In this document: positions 1-9,971 of the stretch, piece by piece
How positions within the stretch are numbered: the first letter of the stretch is position 1
Layout: each line of letters opens with the position of its first letter
Assembly: GCA_038247415.1 (NCBI GenBank)
Contig: JBBRUX010000007.1
Coordinates: 1 to 64,000 of the forward strand
DNA from: Chitinivibrionales bacterium
Lineage (GTDB): Bacteria; Fibrobacterota; Chitinivibrionia; Chitinivibrionales; WJKA01
Direction of reading: 5' to 3'
Length of the DNA: 64,000 bases
Translations under genes and position numbers: made by a program
The notes under the pieces: model-generated
Databases searched by the model: none
The model's input: only the letters and a program-made list of their open reading frames with translations
What the model was told of the DNA's origin: nothing

Positions 1-30
1 CCTGATAGATAATCAGAAAGGTAGAGAGCC

Positions 31-417
31 ATGTCAGCTATAAAAGTTCTCGTTATTGATGATGAGGTACTCATGATGAAATCTACCTGCATGGTACTTA
101 AGTACAAGGGGTTTGATGCACATGGCACTCTCGATGGCAATCAAGGCATTAGCGATGCATTGTCTTTGCAACCCGATATTATTCTCCTCGATATTATGAT
201 GCCAGGTAAAGATGGGTGGCAGGTATTACGAGAGCTTAAGGAAAGCAGCCAAACAAAAAATATCCCGGTCGTTATCTTCAGCGCACGTGAATACTCCGAT
301 GGCAGGCAAAAAGCTCAGAAATGCGGGGCTGTAGATTTTATCCCAAAACCATTCGAGACCGATTTTCTGATTGATATACTAACGCGATATGGTAAAAAGG
401 AGGCATCCCATGCTTAG
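31..417 (+). CDS. Single-domain response regulator (receiver)
   Basis: VIDDE, LLDIMMP (phospho-Asp), FSA and FIPKP receiver motifs all intact. Confidence 0.92.
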   Translation: MSAIKVLVIDDEVLMMKSTCMVLKYKGFDAHGTLDGNQGISDALSLQPDIILLDIMMPGKDGWQVLRELKESSQTKNIPVVIFSAREYSDGRQKAQKCGAVDFIPKPFETDFLIDILTRYGKKEASHA

Positions 418-1459
418 GGACGCATCAAACGGCGTGTTGATGGATAAATTGCCAATCGGGATAATTATTCTCAATTCAACCGGGCGATACCAATCAGGAA
501 ATCGTTTGGCTTTGCAATTGTTTGGCATAGGCATCGAGGATCTTATTGACAAATCGTTTGTTCAGGTTGTGGATGATAAAAAATTAACCGAGACAATCTT
601 ACAAATTAAATATGAAGGAGCTAGTCTTTCGCAGGTACTTATAACCCGCAATAAGAGGACTCTTAAATGTTCGGTGCAAGTGTATTCTGTAAACGGTGAT
701 GAGAGTGATCTGTTGGTTGCAGTTGAAGATGTGACTGCATTACGTAAAATGGAAGAGATCAAAAAAGAGTTTTTGTCAAATATTCTGTATCGCCTTCGCA
801 CTCCTCTCTCGAGCCTTAAAACAGGGCTGAGCCATCTTGGTACAATTGCCGAATTCCCGAAAAATTCCGATGAAAATGAACTCCTGAACATGTGCTCTCA
901 TGAGGCCAATCGTTTACATGCGCTCCTGAGTGATTTGAGAGCCCTTTTTTCTATAGAAACGGGCATTTCTAAAGATGACCTTGAGCTCGAAAATTTTGAA
1001 GTATCGTTTGTGCTGCGACGTTGCATCGAGGATATCAAAAAACTCGGTGGAAAGTATCCCTCTGGTTGCGAGCTTATAACGTTAACAGATGTAAAGCTTC
1101 CCCAATTGCATGCCGATTTTGAAAAAACCAAAATTGCCCTAACAATTCTTATTAAAAATGCCCTGCAATTTTCATTGTGTGAAAAACCTATTAGTATTAT
1201 GTGTGAAGATGTTGGGGATAGTATCGATATTTCAGTTGTTGATAAAGGAATAGGAATTCAACCCAATAGCCTCGATGTAATAGGTGAAAAGTTTTTTCGC
1301 GAAGATAACGAAATAACACGTTCGATAGAAGGTAATGGTTTGGGACTTTTTATCGCCCGATCCTTTGTTACCGATATGGGGGGACATCTGTATTTCGAAA
1401 GCCGCGGAGTCGAAGGTACTGTTTTTCATATCTCATTGCCCGCAGTACAAGGGAGATAA
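410..1459 (+). CDS. PAS-domain sensor histidine kinase-like protein with degenerate H-box
   Basis: PAS-like N-terminus; HisKA-like FLSNILYRLRTPL with His replaced by Tyr; HATPase N/G1/F/G2 boxes (KNALQFS, DKGIGI, EKFFR, GNGLGL). ATG 410 chosen because it overlaps the upstream stop. Confidence 0.85.
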   Translation: MLRDASNGVLMDKLPIGIIILNSTGRYQSGNRLALQLFGIGIEDLIDKSFVQVVDDKKLTETILQIKYEGASLSQVLITRNKRTLKCSVQVYSVNGDESDLLVAVEDVTALRKMEEIKKEFLSNILYRLRTPLSSLKTGLSHLGTIAEFPKNSDENELLNMCSHEANRLHALLSDLRALFSIETGISKDDLELENFEVSFVLRRCIEDIKKLGGKYPSGCELITLTDVKLPQLHADFEKTKIALTILIKNALQFSLCEKPISIMCEDVGDSIDISVVDKGIGIQPNSLDVIGEKFFREDNEITRSIEGNGLGLFIARSFVTDMGGHLYFESRGVEGTVFHISLPAVQGR

Positions 1460-1461
1460 CT

Positions 1462-2328
1462 ATGGGTCGGGAGCAGCTGATTGCACAGCTCGAAGAAGTT
1501 GATAATTTACCAACGCTTCCCGTAATCGTGCAACAAATTCAAAGTCTTCTGGCAAGTCCACGATCAAGCATGGCGCAAATAGCAACTGTTATTGCCCGTG
1601 ATCAGGCGATTAGCACAAAAGTTGTGAGGCTTATTAATTCTGCTTTTTATGGTTTGGGACAACCGGTATCGTCTATTCAGCAAGCAATTGTCTTGCTCGG
1701 GCTCACAACCGTTAAAAATCTTGTTGTGGGTGTGTCTATTGTTAAGACATTCGATAAGGCTGGTACTGCGTCTCTTTTCGATCGAGAAAAATTCTGGATG
1801 CACTGCTTCGCATGCGCAATGGGAGCAAAGGCTTTAGCAAAAAGGTTAGGACTAGAAGAGCCCGAAGATTATTTCCTTGCCGGATTGCTCCATGATATTG
1901 GGGTGCTTATACTGGATCAATATGCACATCATGAGTTCGTTGACATTTTACAAAAGGCAATCCGCGGCAAACGTGATTATTCTGCTGTAGAGAAAGAAGT
2001 AATGGGGATTACTCACGGCGAAATTGGTGAAATTCTGGCCAGCAAATGGAAAATTCCCTTGTTTTTGAGTCAGTCAATGCGTCATCATCATGTGCCTTTA
2101 TTTCAAAATCCCGAACTTTCAGCGAGTCTGGATAAAATTGCAATGGTACATATTGCCGATTACCAGGCGATTGTGCATGGGATAGGGATGGGAATAGCGT
2201 GTCCAGCATCGGCGTGTTCCGCCGAAGCGATGCGCCGTTTTAGCATTTCGCAAACAATGCTCGATGAAGTATTTGCAGGTATCGAAAAAGAAGTCAAGGT
2301 TATTATGCGAGAATGGTTCGCTCGTTAA
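1462..2328 (+). CDS. HDOD domain protein
   Basis: LPTLP, DQAISTKVVRLINSAFYG, FWMH, AGLLHDIG, THGEIG..W motifs. Confidence 0.92.
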   Translation: MGREQLIAQLEEVDNLPTLPVIVQQIQSLLASPRSSMAQIATVIARDQAISTKVVRLINSAFYGLGQPVSSIQQAIVLLGLTTVKNLVVGVSIVKTFDKAGTASLFDREKFWMHCFACAMGAKALAKRLGLEEPEDYFLAGLLHDIGVLILDQYAHHEFVDILQKAIRGKRDYSAVEKEVMGITHGEIGEILASKWKIPLFLSQSMRHHHVPLFQNPELSASLDKIAMVHIADYQAIVHGIGMGIACPASACSAEAMRRFSISQTMLDEVFAGIEKEVKVIMREWFAR

Positions 2329-2354
2329 ATACTATCGCCTCTCTAGGAATTGTT

Positions 2355-4208
2355 ATGGAAGACACACTTTCAGACTTTAATGCAGAAGATCGCTTTTTTG
2401 AGCGGCTCGAAGAGCAATTAATGTCGATAGAAACCGATGAAATTTTAAAAGATCTCTCCCTCGAATCGCTTGAGGGTAAGGGATTTATGAATAAAGTCGA
2501 TATACAGAAAAAAAACAACGCGCTTCCCACAGAAAAAGAAGGCCTTGTTTTTGAATCCCATGTTGATTACTATCGTTCCCGCGACAAAAAGGAAATAGGG
2601 CAAGTGTCAATGGAAATGATATTGGATATTAGCCCGGTAGCTGCTCAAGCCTGTATTGCATCACGTGATGCCAAGGATACTCGCAAACTTGTACTTGGGC
2701 AAAATATCGAAGCCAAAACGGTAAATTCTATTACAAAGTTGTATGCAGCAATAAATGGGAGGGTGGTTATTTGCGGTAGTACCATTGGCCTCATACCTGC
2801 AGATGTTGACTCAAAGGTAACAGTTACCATTGCGCCGGATCAGTTTTCTGCATTGGTCACCATTTCACCATCCTTTGGGAATGGGGCTGCTGCGACGCTT
2901 GTAAAAGTAATTGGCGAATTATCAAAAATGAAAGTACGTTTTGGGGTAGTTCAAGAAAATATCGAAAAAGCAATTGCAATTGCAGAAACTCAAAAAATAG
3001 TTCAAACAGATATTGTTGCAGCTTTAGGAGAATTGCCGATCGCAGGCCACAATGGAACTGTTGAATACCTTTTTGACGCTTCGGGAAAAGCGCCCGAGTT
3101 TAAAATTTTGCCAGATGGAAGAATCGATTACAAAAACCATGCAGGAATCTTGCGGGCGCGCAAAGGAGATGTGCTGGCTCATTTGTATCCCCCCGGCATT
3201 GGTAAAGCAGGGCTCACCGTATGTGGGGAGGTTGTAGCGCAGGAAGAAGGTAAACCTGCAGTATCGTTTGCAGGCAAGGGTGTTACGCTTTTGAAAGAGC
3301 GTCAAGAATATGTGTCGGAAATTGATGGAATGATTATACTCACCGGTGCGCTCATTGAGGTAGTCGATTCATTTGTTGTTGAAGGGGATGTCGATTATTC
3401 AACGGGGAATATCGATTTTAACGGAACGGTCATCGTGCATGGCTCAGTTCTTGACGGATTCGAAATAAAAGCTGGAGGCGATATTGTAATAGGTCGCAAT
3501 GTCGAATCGGCTAAAATTGAAGCTGGTCGGGATATCCTGATTCGGGGAGGGGTTCAGGGAAAAGGGAAAGGGCTTATTTCTGCGGGTCGAAATGTTACCA
3601 TAGATTTTGTACAAAATGGAAAAGTTGAAGCACAAGGCTCTATCACCATAGAAAATTTTGCTTTAAATAGCTATTTATACGCATCAAAAAATTTGCATGT
3701 TTTCGGGAAGCGGGGCATGCTCTTGGGCGGGGAAGTGTATATTCGCCACAGCATTGAAGTTAAAACTATAGGATCTGAGGGAGGGACAAAAACTCATGTC
3801 GAATGCGGTACCGATTTTTTGGTGACACGAAAAATTCATGAGATTGACAGTGTTATGCAGATGATTAAGAGTAGCCATCAAAAAATTGTTGGCATGTTGC
3901 GCACCGTTTCGCTAACATTTAAAAAAGATATAGAGTTCTTAAGTAGCAAGAAGGAAGTGCTCTTAAAGGCGTTAGAAAAGAAAAAAGATTTAGAAAAGCG
4001 GATGAATATCCTGGTTGCCCGTCGGATGGAACTTACGCAAGAATCCCTTGAAAAAGACCCTTGTACCATAAAAGTCCGAAATTCCTGTTTTCCCAATACA
4101 CATATTAAAATAAAAAATGAACAACTAGCAATTGTTAAACGGCTCGATAGCGTCGTTCTTATGATTAATCCAAAGACGCAAACAATAAGCGCAACGGCTT
4201 CGAGATAA
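2355..4208 (+). CDS. DUF342 / FapA family protein (flagellar assembly protein A-like)
   Basis: DGRIDYK, GDVDYSTGNIDFNGTVIVHGSV and beta-helix-like repeats, C-terminal coiled coil; ORF open from 2313, ATG 2355 has an AGGA RBS. Confidence 0.85.
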   Translation: MEDTLSDFNAEDRFFERLEEQLMSIETDEILKDLSLESLEGKGFMNKVDIQKKNNALPTEKEGLVFESHVDYYRSRDKKEIGQVSMEMILDISPVAAQACIASRDAKDTRKLVLGQNIEAKTVNSITKLYAAINGRVVICGSTIGLIPADVDSKVTVTIAPDQFSALVTISPSFGNGAAATLVKVIGELSKMKVRFGVVQENIEKAIAIAETQKIVQTDIVAALGELPIAGHNGTVEYLFDASGKAPEFKILPDGRIDYKNHAGILRARKGDVLAHLYPPGIGKAGLTVCGEVVAQEEGKPAVSFAGKGVTLLKERQEYVSEIDGMIILTGALIEVVDSFVVEGDVDYSTGNIDFNGTVIVHGSVLDGFEIKAGGDIVIGRNVESAKIEAGRDILIRGGVQGKGKGLISAGRNVTIDFVQNGKVEAQGSITIENFALNSYLYASKNLHVFGKRGMLLGGEVYIRHSIEVKTIGSEGGTKTHVECGTDFLVTRKIHEIDSVMQMIKSSHQKIVGMLRTVSLTFKKDIEFLSSKKEVLLKALEKKKDLEKRMNILVARRMELTQESLEKDPCTIKVRNSCFPNTHIKIKNEQLAIVKRLDSVVLMINPKTQTISATASR

Positions 4209-4358
4209 GTCTTCATGCAAGCTTCCTTCTAAAAATGCTATTCTCATTGTCTGCTTTTTATAATTTTGTTTTTGCAATTATAACCGCATTGGTGTACAAT
4301 AATAATTCTAATTCTTATTGACCTTGTAACATTTTATATATTCCAATGAGGCACTACG

Positions 4359-6407
4359 ATGAAACTTTCCGTGAAGCTTCCCCTCATCGCCCTTTTTTTG
4401 GGTGGTATTATTGGAGCAATTTTTATCGCAACACAAATTGTTACGCTCCAGCAAAAATCTGATGGGCTGGTTATTAATATTGCAGGGCGTCAAAGAGCCT
4501 TGTCCCAGAAAATGACCAAGGAAGTGTATCAGTGTCAAAGCAAGATTGCCGCAGGAAAAGATGGTGCTGCATGCAAAGCATCTCTTGAAAATACGATGAA
4601 GGTATTTTCGGCCTCGCTTTCGGCGCTTCTTGACGGAGAAGATGCTCCTGTTACCACAGATCTAAAAACAACTGCTCTTGTAAAGTGCCCAAAGCCCGAC
4701 GAAGAAACTAAACTATTGCTACAAAAAGCTTTGTCGGAGTGGAAATCATTTGAGGCAGATCTTACTGGTGCGGTACAATCAAATTTTGCAGCTGGAGAAG
4801 TTTGGGACAAGATTGATGCCGAAAATATGGTCGTTTTTAAAGCTTCCGAGGCTGTGGTTGCACACGTTCAAAAGAATTCCGAATCGCGCGTTCAATTGCT
4901 TATTATCATTCAGCTTATTGGTTTGTGTCTTGGGATTGCGGCAATTATTTGGACTATACTTGTTGTGAAAGCAGTTCTTACTAAAATTCGCAAAGCTGAT
5001 ACTCTGACACAAGAATTTTCTTCTGGCGATCTCACGCAACGCATGCTTGTACCCCAAATTGTCGATGAGCTTGATGGCTCGCTAGCAAATGTAAATAAAC
5101 TCGGAGAAAATATCGCAGGAATCGTATCTCAAATATATTCTGCAAATGCTACGCTTGTCAGTGTTTCTCAGGAAGTCAATAAAACTTTCGATAAAATTGC
5201 AAACAATGCGACGAGTGTACGCAATCAGAGTTTTACCGTGGCAGCAGCATCGGAGGAGGCATCTGCTAATGTGAGCTCTATTGTAGCGTCAACCGAAGAG
5301 CTGAGCTCTACCATAAATAGTATTGCTGCAGCAATGGAAGAGATGAGTGCGACGGTCAATGAGATATCTAAAAATTGCCAGGAAGAATCGAATATAGCGC
5401 AAAAAGCAGCTAAACAGAGCGCAGAAACAGGTGAGGCAATGGAACGCCTTGGCTTTTCGGCACAGGAGATTGGGCGAATCATTAGCGTTATTAATGATAT
5501 CGCCGATCAAACAAATTTACTGGCACTTAATGCGACCATTGAAGCTGCAAGCGCAGGTGATGCGGGAAAAGGTTTTGCTGTTGTGGCAAATGAAGTAAAA
5601 GAGCTGGCTCGTCTAACAAGCAAGGCAACCTCCGAAATTACCGAACAGATTGAGGCTATGCAAACCGACACCAAAGCCTCGGTCGAATCGATGAAAGCCA
5701 TTTCCAAAGTCATTTCAGATGTCAACGATATTTCCATAGTCATCACGTCGGCTGTCGAAGAACAGTCGGCTACTATCAGCGAAATCGCTCGTAACGTTTC
5801 AGAATCATCTATTGCTGCAACCGAAATATCGGGAAATGTAAGCGAAATTTCTCTTGGCGTAAAAGAGGTGAGCAAGAATATTCAGAATGTCAATAGTGAA
5901 ACGGGTTCGGTTGCAGATGCAATAACAGCAGCTGCACCAGATGTTGCCAAGCTTGCAGCATTGGGCCTCGAGTTGCGTTCTATTGTGTCGACATTTAAAA
6001 TTCAAGCCGCCTTTATTGCATGGTCAGAAGAGTATTCGGTTAAAGTTCCCTTAATGGACGAACAGCATAAAAAGCTTATTGTACTAATCAACGAGCTCAA
6101 TAGTGCAGTGAGTGCAGGGAATAACAAAACTGCAGTAGAACAAACGCTTCAAAAACTTATCGATTACGCAGCTGTACATTTTGCCGAAGAAGAAAAGCTC
6201 ATGCAAGATGCAGGATACCCCGATTTGAATGCGCATAAGCCCATTCATATCAGTTTTGTTGACAAAGTGGTTTCTCTCCAGAACGCTTTTCTTGCGGGCA
6301 AAGCAATGGTTGGATCCGATATCATGATTTTTCTAAAAGATTGGCTTATTCAGCATATTATGGGGACCGACAAGAAATATGGTTCCGCTGTTTCTAAAAA
6401 GAAATAG
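4359..6407 (+). CDS. Methyl-accepting chemotaxis protein with PilJ/NarX-like sensor domain and C-terminal hemerythrin
   Basis: Two TM helices, [35 protein letters not shown] signalling hairpin; hemerythrin ligands H, HFAEEE, HKPIH, HIMGTD. Confidence 0.92.
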   Translation: MKLSVKLPLIALFLGGIIGAIFIATQIVTLQQKSDGLVINIAGRQRALSQKMTKEVYQCQSKIAAGKDGAACKASLENTMKVFSASLSALLDGEDAPVTTDLKTTALVKCPKPDEETKLLLQKALSEWKSFEADLTGAVQSNFAAGEVWDKIDAENMVVFKASEAVVAHVQKNSESRVQLLIIIQLIGLCLGIAAIIWTILVVKAVLTKIRKADTLTQEFSSGDLTQRMLVPQIVDELDGSLANVNKLGENIAGIVSQIYSANATLVSVSQEVNKTFDKIANNATSVRNQSFTVAAASEEASANVSSIVASTEELSSTINSIAAAMEEMSATVNEISKNCQEESNIAQKAAKQSAETGEAMERLGFSAQEIGRIISVINDIADQTNLLALNATIEAASAGDAGKGFAVVANEVKELARLTSKATSEITEQIEAMQTDTKASVESMKAISKVISDVNDISIVITSAVEEQSATISEIARNVSESSIAATEISGNVSEISLGVKEVSKNIQNVNSETGSVADAITAAAPDVAKLAALGLELRSIVSTFKIQAAFIAWSEEYSVKVPLMDEQHKKLIVLINELNSAVSAGNNKTAVEQTLQKLIDYAAVHFAEEEKLMQDAGYPDLNAHKPIHISFVDKVVSLQNAFLAGKAMVGSDIMIFLKDWLIQHIMGTDKKYGSAVSKKK

Positions 6408-6427
6408 CGGTGGCTTTACATCATTTG

Positions 6428-7267
6428 TCAATCTATTGTAGCATGGATTGAATCTATAGGATGCCCGCAAAACATCGTTGCCAGTTCATTAAATTGAGCG
6501 GGCTGTTCTGTTGTGAAAAAAGTTCGCGACTCGCCTAAGCCAAGCTTCAATTCTATTTCCTCATGACGCATAAGATATTCTTTGAGGCTTTTTGCTACCA
6601 GTGCCCCTTGGTTTATTATTGTTGAGCCTTGCGGAAGATGTTCCCGGATCTGGTTAATGAGGAGTGGATAATGGGTGCATCCAAGTATAACCGTGTCGAT
6701 AAGCGGATCTTTACTTAAAAGCGCATTGATGTGTTTTTTGACAAAATATTCCGATCCGATCGTGTCAATCTCGCTATTTTCTACTAAGGGAACAAAAAGA
6801 GGACAGGCCTCGAGTGTAACGCATACATGCGGGAAAAACTTATTGATTTCGATGGTGTATGAATCCGATCGAACCGTTCCCGAGGTGGCAAAGATGCCAA
6901 CATGCCCGGTTGTAGTATAGTTACCGATAGCTTCTGTAACAGGCCGTATAACCCCGAGCACCCTCTTTTCTAGCCCAAGAATGGGGAGATCCCGTTGCTG
7001 AATAGATCTGAGTGCTTTGGCTGATGCCGTATTGCATGCTAAAATGACAAGCGGGCATTTTTGTTTAAAGAGCCACGACACAGCTTCTTTAGTATACGAA
7101 TAGACCGTCTCAAACGACCGAGACCCATAGGGCGACCGCGCATTATCGCCCAGATAAATAAAGTCGTACTGCGGCAAAAGTGCTACAATTTCTTTAAATA
7201 CGGTAAGCCCGCCGTATCCTGAATCAAAGATTCCAATAGGACACGACCGGTTATCGGGCATAGCCAT
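6428..7267 (-). CDS. murI: Glutamate racemase
   Basis: IGIFDSGYGGLT, PYG, ACNTAS and LGCTHYP catalytic motifs. Confidence 0.96.
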   Translation of the reverse strand: MAMPDNRSCPIGIFDSGYGGLTVFKEIVALLPQYDFIYLGDNARSPYGSRSFETVYSYTKEAVSWLFKQKCPLVILACNTASAKALRSIQQRDLPILGLEKRVLGVIRPVTEAIGNYTTTGHVGIFATSGTVRSDSYTIEINKFFPHVCVTLEACPLFVPLVENSEIDTIGSEYFVKKHINALLSKDPLIDTVILGCTHYPLLINQIREHLPQGSTIINQGALVAKSLKEYLMRHEEIELKLGLGESRTFFTTEQPAQFNELATMFCGHPIDSIHATID

Positions 7268-7276
7268 TGTGCATCC

Positions 7277-9958
7277 TCAGAGACTTTCTAGTGCAACGGT
7301 ATCTGCTTCGGGTGGTGTTGATGTTCCATCGTCTTCGGAAAAGACAATCGAAAACTCGCCCTGTTCATTTTCGCCAACATAGAGCGTAGTATACGTTACG
7401 GTTTCATCGGCAAGATTTGCCAAAAGCTGCCGCGAAATTGCCGGCAAAAGTTGACTTTTAATAATAGCTTCTGCATTACGAGCCCCAGCTTCGGATGCGG
7501 TACAGCCCAGTGCAAGGTTTGAAACAAGGCTATCTGAGTAAGTAAAGGCAATGTGGTGAGTAGCTTTAATTCGTTTTGCAATTTTATCAAGCTTCATGCG
7601 AATAATACCGCCCAAAATCTCTGCTGAGAGCGGACGATAGGGGATAATCGTGCATCGTGCAAGAAGGGCTGGCCTAAAATGCGCTGATAATTCTGGACGT
7701 ATTGCGTCAACAAGAGCTTCATCGGAAATGGGCTCTTCTTTGGTAGCGAGATCCATAATGGTATCGGTGGCCAAATTAGAAGTCATGATGATAATGGTAT
7801 TGCGGAAATTAATTTCACGGCCTTCCCCATCGCGCATAAATCCTTTATCAAATACCTGATAAAAAAGATTCATAACTTCCAAATGCGCTTTTTCTACTTC
7901 GTCGAGAATAACAACCGAATAAGGCTTCATGCGAACAGCTTCTGTCAAGATCCCGCCTTCACCGTATCCTACATATCCCGGAGGAGCTCCCTTAAGCTGG
8001 CTAACGGTATGCTTTTCCTGATATTCCGACATGTTTATAATTGTTGTAAATTTCTCACCGCCAAAGAGTGCATCGGCAAGCGCTAGCGCGCTCTCTGTTT
8101 TGCCAACGCCCGATGGCCCCGAAAAAAGAAATACCCCAAGAGGAGCATCGGGGTTTCCCATGCCCGTTTTTGAAGATCGGATGCAATCCGATAATGTTGC
8201 AAGTGCGCCATCTTGGCCAATAACGCGGGAGGTAAGAATATTCTCCAGATCGAGCAACGTTTTTGCTTCATCTTTCATCATGGAGCCAATTGGTATTGCA
8301 GTCCAGTCTGCAATAACCCTCGCACATACCGCGCTATTTACATACGGAAATACCATGGGGGATTCGCCGGCAATGGTCGTAAGGCATGCTTGCGCATCAG
8401 TGATTTTTTTAGTTGCAGCAGCGGCGTTGGAATCGTTTTTGGGAAGTTTTCTAAATTCTTCCTGAGCTGCCAGAAGATCGGCAACTCCAATCTTTTCCTC
8501 TTCCCACTGTGTTGTGAGTTTTGAAATGGTAGCCGAAATTGTTTTGATCTTTTCATCGAGAAGTTCGGTTTCATCGGAGTTTGTGAGAATACCTGCAGCA
8601 CTGTCGTTTGCTAAGCGGTTTTTTGCAAGATTGGCATTTATCAGGGCACGTTCTTCGTGATCGATAATTCCCGGCTTTGCTTGTTGGCTCATTTTTACCC
8701 GTGCGCATGCAGTATCTAGTACGTCGACTGCTTTGTCTGGTAGTTGACGTCCAGAAATATACCGATGCGAATAATTTACCGCAGCTTTAACACCATCGTC
8801 GGTGATGCGTACGCCATGATATTTCTCAAATGCGTTGGCAACACCGCGAAGCATTGCGCATGCACGTTCAACATCGGGTTCTTCTACGTGCACGAGCTGA
8901 AATCGTCGGGCAAGCGCAGGATCTTTTTCGAAATATTTGCGATATTCCGACCAGGTGGTAGCAGCCATGGTTTTCATTTCACCACGGGCCAGTGCAGGCT
9001 TGAGCAGATTTGCAGCATCGCCCATCCCTGCATTCCCGCCTGCACCAATGAGCGTATGCGCTTCGTCGATAAAGAGTATAACCGGTGTTGCGCTCGTTTT
9101 TATTGCCTCAATAACACCTTTTAAGCGCTTTTCGAATTCTCCCTTTACAGAAGCTCCCGCTTGCAAAAGTCCAAGATCAAGACCCCAAATGTCAACATTA
9201 CGAATAGATTCGGGAACATCGTTTTTTGCAATACGGAGTGCAAGACCTTCTATCACGGCTGTTTTTCCAACACCTGCTTCACCAACAAAAATGGGATTGT
9301 TTTTACGGCGTCTGCTTAAAATATCAATCGCCTGACGAATTTCGTCATCGCGTCCGAGAATTTCGTCGATTTTTCCGTCGCGAGCTTGCTGCGTAAAATT
9401 GACGCAATAAGCGGATAGCGTATCGGTTGGGCTCTTGCCTTCGGCACGATGAGCCGGGGAAGCAGTGCCCGAAGAAATTTCTGTTTGTTCTGTTGAAAGC
9501 TTTACTATATGGGTATATTCAGCGAGAAGCAGCTGCAAATTAATCGCTCGCAAAACCTGTGATACCGCTGTGCCTGCCGATGCATTTCGTTCGAGGTAGG
9601 CCGCAAAGAGCGTTCCCGACGATATTGAGGCAAATGAAAAACCAAGTGTGGCGAGTGTCCATGCACGCTCGATTGTTTCGAGGAGCGGTGGAGAAAATGC
9701 GGGCTTGCCAGTATTACCATTTTGTAATGTCTCGAGGTCGATCTCAAGCGCTTTTTTAAGTTCGCCGGGGTTAATACCAAAATGAATAAGAATTTCGGTA
9801 ATATCTCCATCGTTCGCATCGAGGCTTACCGATAGAAGGTGTTCGAATCGGAGTTCGTAGTGACCTCGGTTGACACATGAACCTATAGCAGTTTCCAAAA
9901 GGCGTGTGCAATATCCATTAAGGCCTTGCAGATGTTTACGTAAATCGGGAAGAAGCAT
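7277..9958 (-). CDS. tssH: Type VI secretion ATPase TssH/ClpV
   Basis: Two AAA+ modules (GEAGVGKT, GPSGVGKT), LSRRRKNNP, LQAGASVKGEFEKRLK, NMSEYQEKHTVS; next to tssEFG. Confidence 0.93.
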   Translation of the reverse strand: MLLPDLRKHLQGLNGYCTRLLETAIGSCVNRGHYELRFEHLLSVSLDANDGDITEILIHFGINPGELKKALEIDLETLQNGNTGKPAFSPPLLETIERAWTLATLGFSFASISSGTLFAAYLERNASAGTAVSQVLRAINLQLLLAEYTHIVKLSTEQTEISSGTASPAHRAEGKSPTDTLSAYCVNFTQQARDGKIDEILGRDDEIRQAIDILSRRRKNNPIFVGEAGVGKTAVIEGLALRIAKNDVPESIRNVDIWGLDLGLLQAGASVKGEFEKRLKGVIEAIKTSATPVILFIDEAHTLIGAGGNAGMGDAANLLKPALARGEMKTMAATTWSEYRKYFEKDPALARRFQLVHVEEPDVERACAMLRGVANAFEKYHGVRITDDGVKAAVNYSHRYISGRQLPDKAVDVLDTACARVKMSQQAKPGIIDHEERALINANLAKNRLANDSAAGILTNSDETELLDEKIKTISATISKLTTQWEEEKIGVADLLAAQEEFRKLPKNDSNAAAATKKITDAQACLTTIAGESPMVFPYVNSAVCARVIADWTAIPIGSMMKDEAKTLLDLENILTSRVIGQDGALATLSDCIRSSKTGMGNPDAPLGVFLFSGPSGVGKTESALALADALFGGEKFTTIINMSEYQEKHTVSQLKGAPPGYVGYGEGGILTEAVRMKPYSVVILDEVEKAHLEVMNLFYQVFDKGFMRDGEGREINFRNTIIIMTSNLATDTIMDLATKEEPISDEALVDAIRPELSAHFRPALLARCTIIPYRPLSAEILGGIIRMKLDKIAKRIKATHHIAFTYSDSLVSNLALGCTASEAGARNAEAIIKSQLLPAISRQLLANLADETVTYTTLYVGENEQGEFSIVFSEDDGTSTPPEADTVALESL

Positions 9959-9971
9959 TCTAAACTCCTGG

